From Candidatus Krumholzibacteriales bacterium (lineage in GTDB: Bacteria > Krumholzibacteriota > Krumholzibacteriia > Krumholzibacteriales > WJIX01), in the NCBI GenBank assembly GCA_046483305.1, contig JAWODM010000007.1, forward strand, positions 1 to 12,434: DNA of 12,434 bases, read 5' to 3'. The number at the start of each line of letters is the position of its first letter. The first letter of the stretch is position 1. A program made the translations under genes and the position numbers. This document shows, in pieces, positions 1-8,775 of this stretch. Under the pieces are notes generated by a model, which worked only from the letters and a program-made list of their open reading frames with translations, did no database searches and was not told where the DNA came from.

Positions 1-995
1 GCGGGATGTATGGCAGAGGAGTTCTTGACCTCCAATGCACAGAATTCATCGTCACCATATATTACGAAATCGACTTCATTGCCGGCCCTGGTACGCCAGA
101 AGTAAAGATCGTAATAGCTTTCAGAATAATCGATCCAGGACCTGAGGTGTTCAGCCACCAACCCCTCGAGCGCAATACCCTCTATTTCTTCCGGCCTGTC
201 CAGGGGGCCATGTGACCGTATTGAGCGGTAAACACCGGCATCGAAAATATAGAACTTCGGGTGAGAAGTCACTGCCCTTTTAGCCCTTCTGGTAAAAACC
301 GGGATCCTGTATGCCAGCAGGAGGTCTTCCAGAACGCCAATATACCCTTCCACAGTTTTGCGGTTGACTCCGCATTCGCGGGAAATGTTACTTATATTCA
401 GGACTGATCCGTGAGAGAAACTGACCGCTTCGACAAATCTGGAAAAACTGCCGATATTTCTGACCAGGCCTTCCGCCTGAACCTCTTCCTTAATGTAAAG
501 GGCGGTATAAGCTTCCAGTACTTTTTCCGGAGTGTCCGAGTCGAGGACGATCGGCAAGAGGCCGTAGTGGAGCGCTCTCTCAAGGTTAAATCGGTCACCC
601 AGTTCCGCTGCCATAAAGGGATGAAGGTGGCAGAGCAGCGCTCTGCCTGCCAGAAGGTCTACTCCGGACCGCTTGAGTTTTCGCGAGCTTGAACCAGTTA
701 ATACGAGTTTGATTTCCCGTTCGTCCTCTATGAGAGAGTGTGCCACACTCAGCAGCTCCGGCACCTTCTGTATTTCATCTATAATAACAACTGATATTTC
801 AGGCGAGGCGGATAAACGCTCCCGAAGCCGTTCCGGGGCGGCCGCGTATGACCTGAAAATCTCAGGGTCAAGCATGTCGAGGTATAGAGCGTCCCGGTAG
901 AATCTGCGGATAAAGGTTGATTTGCCGGTTCCTCTCGGGCCGAAGAGGAAATAGCTGTTCTCGGGAGGTTTAAATATTCTTCTTATAAATTCCAT
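1..995 (-). CDS. AAA+ ATPase, AAA_14 + DUF4143-type, with C-terminal PD-(D/E)xK-like motif; 3' end lies beyond the window
   Basis: Not in the ORF track because no stop falls in the window. Manual minus-strand translation from ATG 995 (in-frame alternative ATG 1007) is open to the edge: MEFIRRIFKPPENSYFLFGPRGTGKST (Walker A), VVIIDEIQK (Walker B), LTGSSSRKL..DLLAGRA, HPKFYIFDAGV, LYFWRTRAGNEVDFVI...ALEVK. Confidence 0.9.
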   Translation of the reverse strand, partial: MEFIRRIFKPPENSYFLFGPRGTGKSTFIRRFYRDALYLDMLDPEIFRSYAAAPERLRERLSASPEISVVIIDEIQKVPELLSVAHSLIEDEREIKLVLTGSSSRKLKRSGVDLLAGRALLCHLHPFMAAELGDRFNLERALHYGLLPIVLDSDTPEKVLEAYTALYIKEEVQAEGLVRNIGSFSRFVEAVSFSHGSVLNISNISRECGVNRKTVEGYIGVLEDLLLAYRIPVFTRRAKRAVTSHPKFYIFDAGVYRSIRSHGPLDRPEEIEGIALEGLVAEHLRSWIDYSESYYDLYFWRTRAGNEVDFVIYGDDEFCALEVKNSSAIHP

Positions 996-1025
996 TTTTA
1001 GACTCATTTTGGAGCTAACGGTTCC

Positions 1026-1054
1026 ATAATGCAAGCAATTTCCGGAATTGTCAA
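1026..1054 (-). promoter_or_regulatory. Putative sigma70 promoter of the left ATPase gene
   Basis: Minus strand reads TTGACA (1054-1049), 17 bp, CATTAT (1031-1026), about 20-30 nt upstream of the start codons. Confidence 0.55.
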
Positions 1055-1291
1055 TAAAAAAGACCAGAATTTTCATATTAAATTTGTTGATAGTATATGC
1101 CTGTGGGACTGGAATATTCAGCTTCAGCCAGTAGGAGATGCTCAGAAATACAGATTTCTCTTTTACAAGGTTTTTGTTTAGTATTACGGAGAAGCCGTTA
1201 CCATGATTAAAGTCCGGGAAAAAGCTGGAAGGGGGCGGCAGGGGAAGTTTATAATAAAGAGTCGATAATTAAACAGCAGAAGGGGGCGAAG

Positions 1292-2983
1292 ATGTATTCA
1301 AGGAAATTGTTTGCGGCCATAGCGGCGATTGCACTTCTGGCGGCAGCGGGCTGCTCGGAACAGAAGGTTCAGCCGGCAGACCTTGCGGTACTGAACGCGA
1401 AGGTTTTAACCATCGACAGCGATAATCCCCTGGCAGAGGCGGTGGCCGCCAGGGGAGAGAAGATCGTGGCGGTCGGCTCGAACGAAGAGATACGCCGGTT
1501 CATAGAGGATGGCCGGACTGCGGTAATCGACGCCGGGGGAAGGCTGATGACGCCCGGATTCAACGACGCCCACATACATTTCGGCAGGATAGATCCCGAT
1601 TACATAGACCTGAGATACGTTACCGGCCCCGGGATAATCACAGAAAGGGTGGAGGCCAGGGTGGCCGGGGAAAAGCCGGGTGTCCTGATCAGGGGAGGCA
1701 GGTGGGACCACGAGCTGTTTCCCGATAAAAAGTGGCCCGCCAGGGAGCTGATAGACCCGGTCTCGCCGGATAATCCGGTGGTCCTGAGCAGGGTGGACGG
1801 GCATTCGGTGCTGGTTAACAGCTATATGCTGGAGCTTTCGGGAATAGATAAAGATACCCCGGATCCTCCGGGAGGAGAGATTCAGAGAGACCCGGCTACC
1901 GGAGAGCCGACCGGCATCCTGAAAGAAGCTGCCGGAGAGCTGCTGAAGTACCCGGAAGAAGAAAAACAGGAGAGAGGCAAAGAGAAAACCCTGAGAGAGT
2001 GGCGGGCAGCTTTCGGCCTTGCCGCCAGAAAAGGGGTTACCAGTATCCAGCTTCCCGAAGACGCGGAATTTGATATTTACCGGCAGTTCATGGACAGGGG
2101 AGAGCTGACCCTGCGGGTGGATGTCTCCAAGAGGCTGACCCATGACCTGGATAAGCTGCTGGAGTATAAAAAGCTTAAAAATGAATATCCCCTGAGCGGG
2201 AACTGGATACGGTTCGGCATACTGAAGGATTTCATGGACGGCACTCTCGGATCCGCCACCGCCATGATGTTCGAGCCGTTCGAAGGCCAGCCGGATAATA
2301 CCGGGCTTCCCCAGATGGACTATCAGGAGCTGGAAAGGAGGGTAGTCAGGGCGGACAGCATGGGGTTTCAGATAGGGATTCATGCCATCGGCACCAGGGG
2401 AAACCACTGGTGCCTGAACGCTTACCGGAAGGCGCGGGAGGTCAGCGGCCCGCGGGACAGCCGCCACCGGATCGAACACGCACAGTTACTGACATCCGGT
2501 GATATTCCCAGGTTCGCAGCTCTCGGTGTTATCGCCTCCATGCAGCCGACTCACTGCATCACCGACAAGCGTTTCTGCGAAAAGAGGATAGGGCGCGAGA
2601 GGAGCCGGTACGCCTACGCCTGGAAGAGCCTGCTGGATGCGGGAGCCAGGATCGCCTTCGGGACCGACTACCCGGTGGAGCCGATAGATCCCCTGCAGGG
2701 GCTCTACGCTGCGGTGACCAGGAAGGCGCGGGCCGGCGGGGAGGGGGAGGGGTGGTTCCCGGAGCAGAAACTCACCATGGAAAAGGCGATAGAGCTGTAT
2801 ACCCTGGGCGCGGCGTACGCCCAGTTCATGGAGGGCCGCAAGGGGAGGATCCGTGAAGGGTATCTCGCCGACATGGTTATCTTTGACCGGGACCTGGTGA
2901 CTGTTCCGCACCGGGATATCATGAGCGCCCGGGTCGATTACACCATAGTGGGGGGAGATGTCGTATACCAGAGAGAGAAATAA
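1292..2983 (+). CDS. Metal-dependent amidohydrolase (Amidohydro_3/YtcJ-like), predicted lipoprotein
   Basis: 563 aa. Motifs PGFNDAHIH (HxH), KDFMDG, HAIG, RIEHAQ, FGTDYPV, GYLADMV. N-terminal signal peptide with lipobox ..LAAAG-C21. Confidence 0.9.
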   Translation: MYSRKLFAAIAAIALLAAAGCSEQKVQPADLAVLNAKVLTIDSDNPLAEAVAARGEKIVAVGSNEEIRRFIEDGRTAVIDAGGRLMTPGFNDAHIHFGRIDPDYIDLRYVTGPGIITERVEARVAGEKPGVLIRGGRWDHELFPDKKWPARELIDPVSPDNPVVLSRVDGHSVLVNSYMLELSGIDKDTPDPPGGEIQRDPATGEPTGILKEAAGELLKYPEEEKQERGKEKTLREWRAAFGLAARKGVTSIQLPEDAEFDIYRQFMDRGELTLRVDVSKRLTHDLDKLLEYKKLKNEYPLSGNWIRFGILKDFMDGTLGSATAMMFEPFEGQPDNTGLPQMDYQELERRVVRADSMGFQIGIHAIGTRGNHWCLNAYRKAREVSGPRDSRHRIEHAQLLTSGDIPRFAALGVIASMQPTHCITDKRFCEKRIGRERSRYAYAWKSLLDAGARIAFGTDYPVEPIDPLQGLYAAVTRKARAGGEGEGWFPEQKLTMEKAIELYTLGAAYAQFMEGRKGRIREGYLADMVIFDRDLVTVPHRDIMSARVDYTIVGGDVVYQREK

Positions 2984-3011
2984 ATATAAATAGAGACAGG
3001 AGGGCAAAAGA

Positions 3012-3728
3012 ATGAATTACTCTTTTATATTTGTAATTGCGGCAATGCTATGCATGGTTTGCGGCTCCGCCGGAGCCGGCGAAGCTGACATAAAGCTTCC
3101 GGAGCCGTCCACTGACGGTGAAATGTCCCTGGAGAAGACGCTTGACCAGAGAAGATCGGTGAGAAGCTACGCGGAAGGTTCAATCTCCCTGCAGGAGCTC
3201 TCCCAGATTCTATGGGCCGCTCAGGGGATAACAAAGAGGATGGAGAAGCCGGGGCACTGGCCGGAGAGCAGAGAGTGGTTCGGGGGGATGAGGACCGCGC
3301 CCTCTGCGGGAGCGCTCTATCCCCTGGAGGTTTACGCCGCCGCCGGGGAAGTGGATGGGCTGGAGAAAGGGCTTTATAAATACAGTCCTCAGGAGCACTC
3401 ACTGAAGCGGATCGGCTCGAAGGACCTGCGGCCGGAGCTGGCCGCCGCATCCCTGGGCCAGAGGTGGGTGAGGGAGTGCGCTGTGGATATAATCATTACG
3501 GCGGTCTATGCCAGAATCGAGAAAAAGTATGGAGACAGGTCTGAGCTTTATGTTCCGGTAGAGGTGGGCGCAGCCATGCAGAATATCTACCTGCAGTGCG
3601 AGCCGCTGGGGCTGGGGACTGTGGTAATCGGCGCCTTTGAAGATGAGAAAGTCGCCGGCGCCCTGCAGCTTCCCGGCAGTGAGCGCCCCATGGCGATAAT
3701 GCCGGTGGGAAGGAAGAAGGGGCGGTAG
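3012..3728 (+). CDS. SagB/ThcOx-family nitroreductase-like flavoprotein with N-terminal signal-like peptide
   Basis: 238 aa. RRSVRSY FMN-binding motif, LSQILWAAQG, RTAPSAGALYPLE, EVGAAMQNIYL..LGLGTVVIGAF. Upstream AGGAGG. Hydrophobic N-terminus. Confidence 0.85.
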   Translation: MNYSFIFVIAAMLCMVCGSAGAGEADIKLPEPSTDGEMSLEKTLDQRRSVRSYAEGSISLQELSQILWAAQGITKRMEKPGHWPESREWFGGMRTAPSAGALYPLEVYAAAGEVDGLEKGLYKYSPQEHSLKRIGSKDLRPELAAASLGQRWVRECAVDIIITAVYARIEKKYGDRSELYVPVEVGAAMQNIYLQCEPLGLGTVVIGAFEDEKVAGALQLPGSERPMAIMPVGRKKGR

Positions 3729-3759
3729 AAACCGGCCGCCGCTCTTCCGTTATTTTAGA

Positions 3760-3788
3760 TTGTCTGAATTCTGATATCGCTGTATAGT
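3760..3788 (+). promoter_or_regulatory. Putative sigma70 promoter for the NifX-like/NimA-like gene pair
   Basis: TTGTCT (3760-3765), 17 bp, TATAGT (3783-3788) in the intergenic region. Confidence 0.5.
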
Positions 3789-3864
3789 GGACAGAACAGA
3801 TAAGAATTATTGATTGTTTTTCCGGGCGCGGCGCCGGCCCTGGCTTTGGAAAGGAGTGGCAGCA

Positions 3865-4209
3865 ATGAAGATATGCGTTCCTATCGATCAGGACAACGGG
3901 CTGGACAGTATTCCCAGCCGGGAGTTCGGTACGGCTCCCCTGTTTCTGATACATGACACCTCGTCGGGGGCGACCGAGGTGATTGAGAACATGGAAAAAG
4001 ACCTCTTCGACGGAACCCTCGGTTCTCTAAAGACCCTGGGCGACCAGAGGTTCGATGTTCTCCTGGTAGGGGATATTCAGGACCAGGTCCTGAAAGACCT
4101 CAAGAAGATGGGAAAGAATATCTACAGGGCGATAGCGGGTACCGTGGAGGGGAACATCAAGGTCCTGGACAGGGGCGACCTCTACGAGATCACCTGCTCG
4201 GATGAGTGA
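3865..4209 (+). CDS. NifB/NifX-family (dinitrogenase Fe-Mo cofactor-like) small protein
   Basis: Start moved to ATG 3865, preceded by AAGGAG at 3851-3856. 114 aa, MKICVP..GLDS..S.EFGTAPLFLI.D...EVIEN...DVLLVG.I....GTVE pattern typical of the family. Confidence 0.75.
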   Translation: MKICVPIDQDNGLDSIPSREFGTAPLFLIHDTSSGATEVIENMEKDLFDGTLGSLKTLGDQRFDVLLVGDIQDQVLKDLKKMGKNIYRAIAGTVEGNIKVLDRGDLYEITCSDE

Positions 4210-4670
4210 AGCGGATGGGAACCAGGAAGATAACAGACCGGGCTGAAATAGACCGGATAATCAATTCCGCTGAAGTCTGCCGGCTGGGGATGTCCGACAG
4301 CGGCGGGCCGTACGTAGTGCCGGTCTCCTTCGGCTACGACGGACGGAATATATATATTCATACCGGAACAGGGGGCAGAAAGATAGACTGCTTCGAGAGC
4401 GGCCGGCCGGTCTGCTTCGAGTTCGAGCAGTCGGTGGAGCTTATAACAGACCGGGAGAACCCCTGCGGCTGGACCTTTTCCTTCAGGTCTGTGATCGGCT
4501 GCGGAGCTGTTACAGAACTCGAGGGAAAAGAGAAGATAGAGGGCCTGCAGCATATCATGGGCCATTACTCCGGGAGGGAGTGGGAGAACTTCGACCGGCG
4601 GGCGCTGGAGAAGACCAGGGCCTGGAAGATAGCGGTATCAGAGGTAAGCGGCAGAGTTAACGGGGAATAA
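4206..4670 (+). CDS. Pyridoxamine 5'-phosphate oxidase-like / NimA-type flavin-nucleotide-binding protein
   Basis: ITDRAEID.II....VCRLGM....PYVVPVSFGY....IYIH....GRK......VCFE...FRSVIG.G pattern. GTG start overlaps the upstream TGA (GTGA coupling); ATG 4215 is an alternative. Confidence 0.85.
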   Translation: MKRMGTRKITDRAEIDRIINSAEVCRLGMSDSGGPYVVPVSFGYDGRNIYIHTGTGGRKIDCFESGRPVCFEFEQSVELITDRENPCGWTFSFRSVIGCGAVTELEGKEKIEGLQHIMGHYSGREWENFDRRALEKTRAWKIAVSEVSGRVNGE

Positions 4671-4686
4671 ATCACAACAGGCAACT

Positions 4687-5364
4687 CTACGCGCGGGCGG
4701 TGAGTATATCCGCCGCCTTCTTTACATGCTGGCTCTTGGAGATGATGAATATGTTGTCTCCGGGTTGAAGCACGTGGCTTCCCCTGGTGATGATGAATTC
4801 GTCGTCCTCGGCCCGGTAGATCCCCATGAAGGCGACCTCGTTGGGAAAGTTCTTCATCGATACGATCTCCCGGATGGGCTTTTCCGCCACGTTCGCCTCC
4901 GGCGGTATCACGATATTGTAGATCTGGGCCTTTCCGCCCCCTATAACCGCCACTTCCTTTACCTTGGGATTCTCCAGTTCCACAATGATCTGTTTGGTGA
5001 GAAGGTCCACCGATCTTATGATCAGGGTCACCCCCGCCATCTTGTACGCATCCTCGTACTCGGGATCGATCAACCTGGTTATAACGTGCGTGATGTTGAA
5101 CTTCTTTGCCAGCAGGGCGCAGGCGATATTATCCGCCTCGCTGTGCATCAGGCAGAGTATGGCGTCGGCTTTCTCGGCGCCGGCCTTTTCCAGGGTCCGG
5201 ATGGTGGTGGCGCTCCCGTTGATGGTCATCGCCCCGGTCTCCGAGTAGATGTCGTTGCATATCTTGGGGTCTATGTCGATAACCACCACGTCGTGCTTGT
5301 TGTTTACCAGTATCTTGGTTATCTCGCTTCCCACTCTGCCCGCGCCGGCTATTATTATATACAT
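4687..5364 (-). CDS. trkA: TrkA/KtrA-family potassium uptake regulatory subunit (one TrkA_N + one TrkA_C)
   Basis: 225 aa. IIIAGAGRVG Rossmann motif, HDVVVID, LEKAG..KAD, N..ACALLAK, C-terminal RCK_C. SD AAGGAG upstream, directly downstream of trkH. Confidence 0.9.
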   Translation of the reverse strand: MYIIIAGAGRVGSEITKILVNNKHDVVVIDIDPKICNDIYSETGAMTINGSATTIRTLEKAGAEKADAILCLMHSEADNIACALLAKKFNITHVITRLIDPEYEDAYKMAGVTLIIRSVDLLTKQIIVELENPKVKEVAVIGGGKAQIYNIVIPPEANVAEKPIREIVSMKNFPNEVAFMGIYRAEDDEFIITRGSHVLQPGDNIFIISKSQHVKKAADILTARA

Positions 5365-5381
5365 GTATTTCTCCTTTCAGG

Positions 5382-6899
5382 TCAGTTCTTCCATGCCCGG
5401 ATATTTATAAGCATGATCACCGGAAGAAGCTCCAGCCTCCCGGCAAGCATTCCGAAGATATAGACTATTTTTATCAGCGGGTTCAGCTGATTGAGCTCCG
5501 ATACGGGTATGTAGCAGGGGCCGATGTTCCCCAGGGCGCTGAACATCCCGGAGAGCGAAGCGACCGGCCCGAATTCAGAGAGGAAAGCGGTCACCACTCC
5601 GCCGAAAAGCAGAAGCACTATCCATAAGAAAAAGAGCGAGGCCACCCGCTGAAGCTCCTCTATATCCACAGGGCTTCCGTCTATGATAACCTTGTTGATG
5701 CTGCCGGCGGGGGCCCTCAGCCGGAATATCTCCCTTCCGAACAGCTTGGAGAGTATCGCAACCCGCAGTACCTTGAACCCGCCCCCGGTTGAGCCCACGC
5801 ACCCGCCGATGAACATCATGGCCAGGAATAGTATCCTGCCCACATGCCCGAAGTAGGAGCCGGCGATATCCCTGGTACCGAAACCGGTGGTGGTAAGTAT
5901 GGAGGTCACCTGAAACAGAACATTCCTGAAGTTCTCCTCCAGCGCGCTCCAGCCTCCCCCTTCGGCGGACATCATGACCGGGTACATCTTAAGGCACCTC
6001 TCCGCCAGGATCAGAATCAAAAAAGCCGACATCAGCCCCCAGAAGTACTTCATCTCTATGTTGTCGAACAGCGATTTGATATTGCCGGTAAGAACCCGGT
6101 AGTGCACGAGGAAGTTTATTCCCCCCATCATCATCCCCGCTATGGTTATGTATTCTATCAGCCGGTAGTTGCCGATTCCGTTGATCCGGTAGAAGGCAAT
6201 GCTGGCGTCGTGGGGGGAATATCCCCCGGTGGCAACGGCGGTAAATGAGTGGCACAGCCCGTCGAAGCAGGACATCCCCGCCGCCCACAGCGACAGGAAT
6301 ATCACCGCGGTAAACCCCAGGTATATACCCCACAGGATCTTCACGGTGTTGAAAAACCCCGGTACCGGACGGTTCATCTCTATCTTGTGGCTTTCCGCCC
6401 CGTAGAGCTTGTGCGCCCCGGCACCCTTGAACGCTATGATCAGAAAGAACGAGAGAATCCCCAGTCCCCCCAGGAACTGGGTCAGCGACCTCCAGAACAG
6501 GATGCTCCTGGGCAGAAGGTCCAGCCCGGTGTACATGGTGATCCCGGTGGTGGTAAGCCCGCTCATGGCCTCGAAGTAGGCGTCCAGGTACCCCGAGCCG
6601 ATACCGATAACGAACGGCAGGGCCCCCACCGCCGAGCAGAGGGTCCAGCCCATCCCGCAGACCAGCATCGCCCGCAGGGTATAAATCCTGCCCTCGTGAA
6701 ATAACTTTTTTAAGAGAAGGCCTGCTCCCAGAGATACAGCAGCCGGTATGATGAAGGCGAGAATGGTTCTCGGGCCCCCGGAGTACTCCCCGTATATTAC
6801 CGCCGGGATAATCGGTATCAGAATGAGCACCCCGAGTACGATAAGAATATACCCGGTAAAGTGCATAACCGTATTTACGGTAACGTAGACGTTCCGCAT
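5382..6899 (-). CDS. trkH: TrkH-family potassium uptake membrane protein
   Basis: Likely start ATG 6899 (MRNVYV...), 505 aa. Pore-loop motifs FEAMSGLTTTG, ATGGYS, LTTTGFG, ALGNIGP, plus GGCVGSTGGGFK and MLAGRLE. Many hydrophobic segments. Confidence 0.92.
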   Translation of the reverse strand: MRNVYVTVNTVMHFTGYILIVLGVLILIPIIPAVIYGEYSGGPRTILAFIIPAAVSLGAGLLLKKLFHEGRIYTLRAMLVCGMGWTLCSAVGALPFVIGIGSGYLDAYFEAMSGLTTTGITMYTGLDLLPRSILFWRSLTQFLGGLGILSFFLIIAFKGAGAHKLYGAESHKIEMNRPVPGFFNTVKILWGIYLGFTAVIFLSLWAAGMSCFDGLCHSFTAVATGGYSPHDASIAFYRINGIGNYRLIEYITIAGMMMGGINFLVHYRVLTGNIKSLFDNIEMKYFWGLMSAFLILILAERCLKMYPVMMSAEGGGWSALEENFRNVLFQVTSILTTTGFGTRDIAGSYFGHVGRILFLAMMFIGGCVGSTGGGFKVLRVAILSKLFGREIFRLRAPAGSINKVIIDGSPVDIEELQRVASLFFLWIVLLLFGGVVTAFLSEFGPVASLSGMFSALGNIGPCYIPVSELNQLNPLIKIVYIFGMLAGRLELLPVIMLINIRAWKN

Positions 6900-7163
6900 C
6901 GGCAGACCCCATTGCCCGGTTAAACAGCCATTACTTAAGCCACAGTATACACTTTTGCCACGATATTTAAACGAAAAAACGGGTTTGAACGCTCCCCCCG
7001 GCCCGTTTTCTGTTGAATTCTCACCTTTCTGATGCAATCTTAACCATAGGGGCTGCGCCGGCAATCACATCTGGTTTACCACTCTGATGGACTTCGGTAT
7101 CCATCTCTGCCAGTGCGAGCTTCAGGAATCCGGCAGCAGATACTGATCAATTGCATCTGAGTG

Positions 7164-7192
7164 TTGACCTCAAACGGATCTGCGGTTATATT
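7164..7192 (+). promoter_or_regulatory. Putative sigma70 promoter of tRNA-Arg
   Basis: TTGACC (7164-7169), 17 bp, TATATT (7187-7192), 20 nt before the tRNA. Confidence 0.65.
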
Positions 7193-7212
7193 AATTGCCG
7201 TGCCGATTATAT

Positions 7213-7286
<74 letters not shown>

Positions 7287-7324
7287 TTTTACATAACCAG
7301 CGGTTTTTAAGAAATTGATTTCTC

Positions 7325-7353
7325 TTGCAAAACCGCCACTTCGAAGTTAATAT
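7325..7353 (+). promoter_or_regulatory. Putative sigma70 promoter of tRNA-His
   Basis: TTGCAA (7325-7330), 17 bp, TAATAT (7348-7353), 11 nt before the tRNA. Confidence 0.5.
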
Positions 7354-7364
7354 ATTTTCCGTGT

Positions 7365-7441
7365 GGTGGACGTAGCTCAGCTGGTAGAGCCCTGGATTGT
7401 GGTTCCAGTTGTCGCGGGTTCAAATCCCGTCGTCCACCCCA
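7365..7441 (+). tRNA. tRNA-His (anticodon GTG), with G-1 and encoded CCA
   Basis: G-1 plus acceptor GTGGACG/CGTCCAC, C discriminator, CCA. Anticodon arm CTGGA-TTGTGGT-TCCAG, T arm GCGGG-TTCAAAT-CCCGT. Confidence 0.96.
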
Positions 7442-7520
7442 TATTATTTCAGAGTATAAAGGCATAGCCGCAACGGAAGTGCACGAGAATCCTGAATAAT
7501 TACCATGTGCGGGATAGTTC

Positions 7521-8741
7521 TCAGGGAAGACGTGCGAGCCATTGCCACGCCGGCGCTATCAGCAATTTCTGCCCGTTCTTTTTAAGAATCCTGAACTCTT
7601 CACCTTCATTAATGAGCTGCACCGCCGGCACATTGAGACGCTCTTGAAACCGAACCAGGTCGGCGGATGCTTTTGTGCCGGACAACTTCGTTTCAACCAG
7701 CAATATGGGCTTTCTCCTGTCTGCGATCAGGAAATCTGCTTCCCTTTTCTCTTTATCCCGTATGAAGTGTAGTGAAAAAACTCCGTACCCGAGGTCATTC
7801 CAGTTGGAGATCGCCCGGAGCAATTCCAGGGCTACCATGTTTTCGAACCGGGGTCCGGGATCATCGATGAGGGCGAAATTCAGAAGATACACCTTTTTCT
7901 CCTTCCGTATCGCCCTCGCTATTCTGGATGTCCACGTTGGAATGCTGAACAGCATGTAGAAACGCTGCAGCACGTCCAGCCAGTTTTTTATGGTGTTATA
8001 TGCAACATGCAAATCCCGTGAGAGAGAATTTACAGAGAGAGGGCTGCCTACTTTGGAAGGGAGCAATGAATAGAGAATTTCCATATCATCAACCGATCGT
8101 ACTCCGGATAAATCTCTGATGTCTTCACGGATGAGCCTTCTGGAATAGGCGTTTGACCAGCGCCGGTAGGAAGTAGATTTAGCGGCGAGATAGGGCTCTG
8201 GAAATCCGCTGAATTTTTCCAGCCTGCGCCATATAGCCTCGTGCTTACTGGTTTCTTCAGCTGAAACGGCCAGAGGATCTTTTATGAACCGATCAAAAGG
8301 CGTTCTCTTTTCAGCGAGTTCCGAGAGCGTAAGCGGCCAGAGACGAAACTGGAAATATCTGCCTGCTAGTGAATCTCCGCCCCTCTGATAGATGTCCATT
8401 CGTCCACTTCCCATGACCAGAAACAGGTATGACTCGTGGAACGTGTCATAGATACCTTTCAGGTAGTTCTTCCACTGCCGGTACTTGTGGATTTCATCGA
8501 GCAGGACCAGCGGCAAAGAACTGTCCCTTCTGGGCATCTCCTCGAAGAAGTAGGGGTTCTCGACAATCTGTGCCTTGTTGTGGGGAGCGTCCCAATTGAA
8601 ATAGAGACTATTTGTGAAACCTTCGGCGATCATTTTGCCCAGTGTGGTTTTCCCGGACTGACGGGGCCCGCTAAGCAGGATCATATGTTTTTCGCTTGAT
8701 AGCTGTTTCCAGATAGACACGTATTTCTGTCGTTTCAGCAT
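7521..8741 (-). CDS. AAA+ ATPase, AAA_14 + DUF4143-type, with C-terminal PD-(D/E)xK-like motif
   Basis: 406 aa. GPRQSGKTT (Walker A), VLLDEIHK (Walker B), MGSG....GDSLAGR, SGFPEP, FENMVA.EL, READFLI......LVETK. Confidence 0.9.
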   Translation of the reverse strand: MLKRQKYVSIWKQLSSEKHMILLSGPRQSGKTTLGKMIAEGFTNSLYFNWDAPHNKAQIVENPYFFEEMPRRDSSLPLVLLDEIHKYRQWKNYLKGIYDTFHESYLFLVMGSGRMDIYQRGGDSLAGRYFQFRLWPLTLSELAEKRTPFDRFIKDPLAVSAEETSKHEAIWRRLEKFSGFPEPYLAAKSTSYRRWSNAYSRRLIREDIRDLSGVRSVDDMEILYSLLPSKVGSPLSVNSLSRDLHVAYNTIKNWLDVLQRFYMLFSIPTWTSRIARAIRKEKKVYLLNFALIDDPGPRFENMVALELLRAISNWNDLGYGVFSLHFIRDKEKREADFLIADRRKPILLVETKLSGTKASADLVRFQERLNVPAVQLINEGEEFRILKKNGQKLLIAPAWQWLARLP

Positions 8742-8747
8742 ATTACT

Positions 8748-8775
8748 ATTTTACATGCTATTGAAATATAGTCAA
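8748..8775 (-). promoter_or_regulatory. Putative sigma70 promoter, probably giving a leaderless mRNA
   Basis: Minus strand reads TTGACT (8775-8770), 16 bp, TAAAAT (8753-8748), 6 nt, ATG (8741). No SD sequence. Confidence 0.6.

Noticed and set aside
6..900. Short track ORFs 6-215, 398-598, 411-692 and 673-900
   Set aside because: They are shadows of the minus-strand ATPase frame (995 to the left edge) and have no recognisable motifs.
3012..3728. Thiazole/oxazole RiPP biosynthetic cluster
   Set aside because: The SagB-like gene stands alone, with no YcaO, precursor peptide or transporter.
1369..6912. Long overlapping ORFs such as 1406-2479(-), 2486-3007(-), 4726-5463(+) and 5989-6912(-)
   Set aside because: They are antisense or alternative-frame shadows of well-supported GC-rich genes, with no family motifs.
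6976..7009. AAAACGGG...CCCGTTTT inverted repeat as a terminator
   Set aside because: It has an 18-nt loop and lies between divergent transcription units, with no gene ending there.
6900..7064. 55-codon N-terminal extension of TrkH
   Set aside because: It is hydrophilic, unlike TrkH, and starts at a non-ATG codon. ATG 6899 fits better.
7105..7140. SRP (4.5S) RNA or c-di-AMP riboswitch upstream of trkH
   Set aside because: TCAGG...GCAGC is present, but the SRP GNRA-capped helix between them is not, and I could not find the c-di-AMP riboswitch consensus on either strand.
7486..7596. 11-bp direct repeat AGAATCCTGAA near the 3' end of the second ATPase
   Set aside because: It is short, one copy is inside coding sequence, and there is no element boundary. 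It is compatible with chance.
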